Part shown: in pieces, positions 51,931 to 64,000 of the stretch
Layout: each line of letters starts with the position of its first letter
Numbering within the stretch: position 1 is the first letter of the stretch
Source of the DNA: Spirogloea muscicola
Taxonomy: Eukaryota
Assembly (NCBI GenBank): GCA_009602725.1
Contig: WELB01000001.1
Coordinates: 155,422 to 219,421 of the forward strand
DNA length: 64,000 bases
Direction: 5' to 3'
The notes under the pieces: model-generated
What the model saw: only the letters and a program-made list of their open reading frames with translations
Told to the model about the DNA's origin: nothing
The model's database searches: none
Position numbers and translations under genes: made by a program

Positions 51931-54342
51931 GTCTTGACGACGTTCGGTGAAGGAACAGCTCATGCAAGGTAAAGCATGGCTGCAAGAGGCCAGCCCAGAG
52001 TGTACAAGGTGTAAGACGGCCGCAACGCACAAAAGCACGAACTACTCTTCGTGACTTCTGCGAGTGGGCGCTCAATACGAGTACGGATCAAATAACTAGA
52101 GGGCGAGAAAAGCCCTCCAGTGGAAAAGGAGGGCAGCGAAGGGCCTTAGTTAGGTAGGTCAGCCGTCAAGTGCTTGCCTTACCTACTGAATTGCTGACTC
52201 TGATGGAACAGATTGCACCTGCATTTGCGTGGCCATGATTTGCTTTGTGGCAGCTTGTTGGCTGAGCAGTGCAAGGTATGGCCGAAATTGTAGCTCCCTG
52301 ATAGTCCTTGCCAGCGTTATATACACTTCCCTCAGAGTACAAGCAATATATATTATGCTTAATTTGATGTGAAGCCGTGTGTGGCTCATAGGATCAACCG
52401 TCCTTTTATGTTATCGTATTACTCGAGATGCCCTTGACAGCCAACACGTGGAATTCTCAACGTTTGTACTTATTTGATGGTACAGAGAGCAATAGGTACT
52501 TGTAAAGTCGGTCAATGTCAAGCCAAAGCTGGCTTGCCCGGTATTGTGACTTCCACGAGTTGTGAGCACCCAATTGTGCTTGTACCACTACATGACTGTG
52601 GAGCGTCACTGGCAAGTGCTCCAAACATGTCCGAGCTATGAGACTTTGTCCACTCTTTTTGCACTGGCGTTATACAGCCCTCGCCCCCTTGGAAGAGCTT
52701 ACTCTTTCTACGAAACTGTTACGCTGACAAGCTGTGAGTTCAAGGCGACACTTTGCCGCCCTCTAGTTACTCAGATCTGCATTCCATCTGAGTTAATTAA
52801 GCGTCTATTGCAGAAATTACAGGGTATTTACGTCATTTCATACCTTCCGGCCTTTGAGACCTTGTTCATTTCTCTTGGGCTGGCCTCTTACAACCATTGC
52901 TTTGAATTGGACGAGCTATTTGTTCTCTCCGTGTCGCCTCGGCATTTATTCGACCTTGCTCGTTCGGAATGGCCTCTCAAATTACCCTCCGGTTGCCCTC
53001 GGGTGCCGCTCGGGTGGCCCTTCGCATACTCGTGAGGCCTGCCGGCTCCCGGGGTCGGCCTCGGGGTAACTCGAATACATACCCTAAGGGGCACTAGCAC
53101 ATAAAGCACAGGAAGTTTCGGGCTGAGAAATGAAACGAAAATTATTTCCAAAAAGAAAGGGCGACAGGTATAAGCTGTTCAATCTTTTTCTGGGCTGGCC
53201 AACCGCAGCCATCCCTCTCTACTAGGAAGAGTCTTCCCTTAGGAAAGGCCAGCCCAGGAGGCATTGTCAAGGTCCGAAGGGGCCGGCAAGCCAAGGGGGT
53301 TCGGCAATTTAAACCCTAGTGGACGCAGCCCTGCTGCTGCCCGCCTGCTGCCGCAGCTCGTTGCCACAGCTCATTCCTGGCTTGCTTCTAGAAGCCTGTG
53401 GCTCCGTCCCTCTATAGAGCAGTCGGCATCTGGCCCAGGAGGTGAAGACGCCTTGCGGGAGCCCCATGAAGTGAGTTACTCTGTGTGTGTGAGGAGCAGG
53501 AACATTTCAAGTACCGCATTGCACGATCTACATATAGATCATTCTTAACTAGTACTAACGGGCTGCATTGGCAATACCTGAAATCGACAATTTTGGACAG
53601 TAGGGTTGGGTAGGGTGACAATTGTGACAATGATTCCTGGTCAGACATTGACAGCGAGCCCAAGAATGTGGCTACACCCTCTGCAAGGGCAGCAAGCACC
53701 CAACTTCTGATAAAGGAAGGTATTGACGATGGCCAATCTTATTATCGGAAGGAGTATTCATCCTACAAAGTTAATAGCCAGCACCTGCAGAAGCCAGCAG
53801 CCGCAAATGCATGTTAAGGATGTTGCACTCACAAGCTCGTATATGGCAACAAGGGAATTGCCGCCTCCTTTTCAAGTGCTAAGCACAGTGTGACCATTAT
53901 GCCACTCGAAGTCCTCTTCGTCCAACTCTAGCTCTTGCACACGTTCCTAGATGTGAAAGGGAGTGCCACAAAATGACCCCACTTCAGATGAGACATGTAA
54001 GCCTCCTAACAGGTGACGATTCTACTTACACGCCTCTCCAGCCAGTGCAACAATTTCTCAGACGAAGCAAAGCCCTTCCCGCTCTTGCGGCAGCAACGTT
54101 CAACGATGGCCAATCATGGCCCGATCCCCTGGTTTACAGTGCGGCAAACGAAGGGTGCAACTTCCCCTTTCGTCGGGCTGCCGTGCAGCTGGGCTGGCAG
54201 CAGAGACACGTGGCGGCGCCGAAGGCGCCGATGCACTTCCATGCCGACAGCCCCGCCTAACGGGTGCCGTCTGCGGATTGACGCCGGCCGACGCGCCGCA
54301 GCGGGCGCCGCGAAACCCGGCGGGTTCGGTGGCCCGGCGGCC

Positions 54343-56095
54343 ATGCTCGCCGCCGCCGCCGCCGCCGNNNNNNNNNNNNNNNNNNNNNNNNNNNNNNNNN
54401 NNNNNNNNNNNNNNNCCGGAGGGGCGGCGCTGCGGGCGCCGGCACGGGCGCGGCGCGCGCGGCGGCCTCGGAGTCGCCGTACGACGTGCTCAAGGTGCCG
54501 CGCAGCGCGTCGGAGCGCGAAATCAAGCAGGCGTACCGCCGCCTCGCGCTCAAGCTCCACCCGGACGTCAACAAGGCGGTGGGTGTGCCAAGCCACCTCG
54601 TGGAGCTGCCCGGCCCTTCTATTTGCCCTTTACTTGCGACGTCTGGCACTGTTGCGAGTTCAGGCTTCGGCTTGCGGGCTGCCGCGAAGCTCCTGGCCAA
54701 GCAGGGTTACCTTCACTTTTGCCATCCAGATGGCGAGGAACTGGGTATGAAGCTTTTCGGGCGCCTCGGCTGCTCCTCTGCTCCCCTCTCCATCACACCG
54801 GGCGGCCGTCTGACGCTCTGCCGGTCCTGTCGGGCTGGTCGTGGTGCGGCAGCCAGACGCGCAGGAGCAGTTCCTGCGGGTGAAGCAGGCGTACCAGACG
54901 CTCAGCGACGATGGCAGCAGGGCGCGCTTCGACCGCGGCGAGAAGCGAACGGCGTCTGCCCAGGACTTCGACCCCTTCAAGTGGGCCACTGGGGGCGGGG
55001 GCGCCAAGGCCCCATCGCCGGAGGAGGCCTTCTATGGCATAGGTGGGCGCTGCAATCTGCGGCAGCAAAACCCGCACAGCCCAAATGTCCGCGCACGCGA
55101 GTGTGGCACACTTGCTCGGATTGGACGGCTTCATTGCTGAAGGGGCTGCCATTATGTGTAGGTGACTAGCCTCGTTCTCCACATGCGAGCCCGGCATTCA
55201 CATCCGCGCCTCGCCTGCACCCTGGCATGCAGGACTGCTTGTCAAAGACGTGCAGAAGTCTCTGGGTACAGCCACCAGAAGCTCACTAACAACGTAACCT
55301 GTGGTTGGGGTTGCTGGGGAGGGTTTGGCGGCCGGGAGAGGGGGAAGATGGGGGGGGAAAGGGGGCGGNGGGGGGGTGCTGGGTTGCCGCTTGTGAGGGG
55401 GATGAGATTCTGGGGAAGCTGCATGGCTGGGTCGGGTCTAAAAACAACATCACCAATATCTCATCGTGGGCATCAAGAGTGCTTGATCATTCCTTAAGAG
55501 TGGCACAGCAAAGGCAGGCTGATCTGCAATATCAACCGCGTCGCTGCAGATCATAGAGAAGGTGTCAGCTTGCCATGTGCGAAGGTGTCCTCAAGCGGAA
55601 TATAGAGCTCATGTGGACGTGGTCGTGCGATGCAGGGGACTTCTTTGCAGACTTGCAGAAGGATCTTGAACGGCGCTCAGCAGTTCGGCGAGAGAAGCCG
55701 AAGAGCCTATGGGAGGAGATTTCTGTATGTTTGCCCCAGCAGACGTGACTCTTGAACTGCAGGCCTTGGCATGACTTTCCAGTCCACATAGAATCTTACC
55801 TCATGAGATCTCAACTCAGTGCATGCAAAAATGCGAAAGTTGACACTCATCTACATTGCAGGAGCTCGGTGAGGAGTTTGTGGAGTTCCTGGAGAAGGAG
55901 ATTGGCATCGGGCCGCCTCAGGCTGACTCAAGCCAGGGGCATGACAAGGACAGCGACAGATATCGAGCTACGGCAAGTGATGGTGCGAAGAAGGCTGACG
56001 CTGTCAAGGACAAGGTCAAGGCAGAGCCTGCTAAAAGCAGGGAAGAGGAGGTCGAGGACATGCTGGCCCAGCTGAAGAAGGAGCTTGGCAGATAG
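54343..56095 (+). CDS. DnaJ-domain protein, DJC73-like (probably plastid); N-terminus spans a gap
   Basis: SPYDVLKV...[37 protein letters not shown]...EEAFYGI-GDFFADLQ..KPKSLWEE-ELGEEFVEFLEKE...VEDMLAQLKKELGR. Confidence 0.9.
54368..54415. other. Assembly gap (N run)
   Basis: Run of n. Confidence 0.99.
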
Positions 56096-56434
56096 CACCC
56101 TCAGCACAGGCCCACATCTCGATCACCAGCTTGTTTGTTTACTTGATTTCATTGTTCAATGTATGCAGCACATCCTCAGATCATTGGCAGCGGTCCTTGG
56201 GGTACAAATGGGGCCTGATTGACCAACGCAAAGGAGCTCCAGTCCACATCAACGTGGGAGCGAAGCTCAGAGTAGCGCTGGCTAAGGAGACATGACTGGC
56301 GTGCTTAGTAGACGTCCATCCAGGCGAATAGAGTTTGCAAGCATATCGCAGCTCATGACTGCTTCGAACTTCCCAGCAAAGAATGAAGCGAATGGGTTAC
56401 TCATTAACACAAAGAGGTCTAAGCTAGCTTGCTG

Positions 56435-61651
<5,217 letters not shown>

Positions 61652-62456
61652 TGCGGTAAACGACGGAGTCGAGAGGGGGGGACAAATGCCTGGCTCGCTT
61701 TGTGACCTCCCTCACCTTATTAGACACGACATTGTAGGTCTCGTTTCATGTAGCCCCACGTTTCGCACTAGCTATTTCCTTGACCAAGGGCCGATGAGGG
61801 TGTGATGGTGCACGTTTATCTCCAAAAAGCCTCAGGGAATGCTACCTACAGTCACCTACACTGGTACTCAAAATGAGAACGACCCTTGCTAATCATATAA
61901 TTGCTCGTCACAGGATACCGCAGCATGCACTGCGTCAGTAACAGTGTCTTTGAAAGGTGAAGCCAGGCTGGAGAGCTGAGCTGCAAGTAGTCTTGGTCAC
62001 TTATTGAAGCTGTTGTAGTTATAAGCGGATAAGTACAATGGCTGCTTCCACGCTGTCATAGAAGGCATTGTCCTTGTGGATGGAAGTGCTTAGCGTGTTA
62101 ATTATTTTGCAAGATGGAGTTGTAAATCCAGCAAGTGTGTGCGTGGGCCTACACTCTTGACACCACCTTGCTGACATCAGTAAACACAGAAGTAGCGCAG
62201 ACATCCACAATGGCAATGCCATATTTGAGTAGCTCAAGCTGTTGGCTGTTTATTGTTGGCGATTTTCGGACTGGCAGTGTGCTGCATGATTCCACCATGA
62301 GTGTGCTAGCCACGTGCTTAAAGCACGTGGAAAGAATGTTTCATACTTCCTACTGAGGTGTAAGGAGGAATGTTAGAAAAAGTCAATAGTCAGTCATGTG
62401 CCCAAATGGGAGAAATGTCCTACTATTCTGGTAGTAGCACCAATGTCGGTTTACAT

Positions 62457-63830
62457 TTAGGGAGGCGGAAATTGGGTAAGCAACCACGTACGCACATCCT
62501 GCCACTCCTTCTCTCCTATGCTATGATTTACCCTGTGCAACACATCCAGCCGTTGGAATAAGCAACTTGCCCTGGTTATAAGCTGTGCGCAAAGCATGAA
62601 GCTGATCAAGAATGCAATGTAACTTATGTCCTCCAGCTGCTTGTCATGCCGATTTCAGCAGTGGAGATCAAACAGCGACTTTCCTCTCAACTCACCCTCG
62701 ATAGCCTTTGAACTCGGCCTGATGAAATTGGAATGCTTGCAGAGCATGATAGGACAACTCTCCATATTGGTAAGACACAAGCATGTCATCTGCACATACC
62801 CACAAGTATCTGAGAAGTACAATCTCGTGTCTTGATGCACATCACATGATGCATCCACTTTGCACACCGTAAGAGTGCCCACTGAAGCCTAGCCAAGTAT
62901 GGGCTATCAAGCTGCTGACCTGCCCATGACACAGCAGAACAGGCATTTCTCCTGCTCGCTTTGCTGATTCTTTGGTAACGTTCAAAGCCCTGCACCATTT
63001 GACACATATTGAGCAGGATGGCTGCACTTTGCATGGTTATGAGCAAGCACTGGCTGTTGGTTTTGTAGCATCTTAAGTGGCAGAACATGCAGACATGCAG
63101 CAGGGTGTAACAACATGGGACCTACTTAACGTTTGGCAACCAACCACTCAGGCACACTGCAGCAGAGATTGGTATTGATGACGCATCAGTGCCATTGCTG
63201 AGAGTGCCAGCTGCTTTCCGAGATGCCAGGTACAGAGACAGTGCTCCACCTTGACTGAATCCTCCAACAGCATATCTCACACCTGCATCACAAGCACAAG
63301 CAGAACAGCATGGCTGCGCTATGCAGTCAGCACTGTCTTCACAACGACCTTGGACATTTGCACCTTCTGCAGGACTTTCTGCAGTACTGCTGAGGCAAAA
63401 AGGCAGAAGGCAAGCTGGGAGGACCTACCTGGAGCTAGAGCTTTCTCTGCCTCAAACAGGCTTGATATGTAGGAGGCAGCAGCATCAAGGCCTTGCACAT
63501 CATCTGGAGAGTCTGCTGATAGACCTCTGATATCAAACCCTTCACCAACAGACAAGTGTCAAGACACAAGTCTGTGTGCTTGTCAAGGCTCAAGGTATTC
63601 AGCAATTCCGGCCTCCTCAATGATAAATGGCAGCTTGCGGCTAAGGTATTGTTGAATTGATACTACTTGAAACTTGCAGTGCAAGAGCCCTAGAGCTGGA
63701 TCGAGTGCAAAAGGTGCACTGCTGTGCATCTTGCAAGGTCATGGTCAAGCTCGAGAGAGCTTACAAGCAGGAGATGGAAAGCCTCCATTTAGTGTCACTG
63801 CGCGAATTGGTGCTGAAGGTATCACCCATT
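62457..63830 (-). CDS. Acyl-protein thioesterase/phospholipase-carboxylesterase (APT1-like); 5' part outside window
   Basis: VKWVIPSAPIRAVTLNGG; FDIRGLS; GGFSQGGA (Ser); LSGWLP; VLLCHG-DDMLV (Asp); VNHS (His). Confidence 0.9.
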
Positions 63831-64000
63831 TCACCTGCAAGAGTAAGGTACACAAGGCAAGCAGACTCTCAAAGGCGATTCCTGCATCGAGCGCAACATA
63901 TTTTGCATAGCACCTCATCACAAGCAAGGCAAAGTAAGTAGCTTAAGCAGCCTACACTGAAGCAGACATGCCACCTAGTGCGTGCTTTAGATATGCAAGA

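Noticed and set aside
130..53260. Dispersed hairpins as CRISPR repeats or bacterial REP elements
   Set aside because: No regular spacers, no cas or RAYT genes, eukaryotic context, and direct linkage to CRE ORF ends
56260..56400. Extra 3' exon for the kinase
   Set aside because: The last exon reads through to VLDLAESN* at 56435, so none is needed

Overview
Intron-rich, GC-rich eukaryotic DNA, inferred to be from a green plant-lineage alga, probably a streptophyte (genes resemble land-plant homologues; TTTAGGG-type telo-boxes). About 11 spliced genes: GT61-like glycosyltransferase, two-domain TRM140/METTL6-like methyltransferase, two hypothetical secreted proteins, Mini-RNase III, a small HMG-box protein with a mitochondrial-type presequence, a CYP746-like P450, a C2-domain protein, a secreted 5'-nucleotidase, a DJC73-like DnaJ, an in-frame MtnA-MtnK (methylthioribose-1-P isomerase/methylthioribose kinase) fusion and a partial acyl-protein thioesterase. 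Intergenic space is full of 5'-truncated and nested fragments of several subfamilies of CRE-like (restriction-like endonuclease) non-LTR retrotransposons with conserved 3'-end motifs. A TA-flanked Tc1/pogo-like element sits in an intron. Best leads: the MtnA-MtnK fusion, the putative mitochondrial HMG-box protein, and the CRE 3'-end/target-site system. Family assignments are from recalled motifs, not database searches, and exon coordinates were read by eye.
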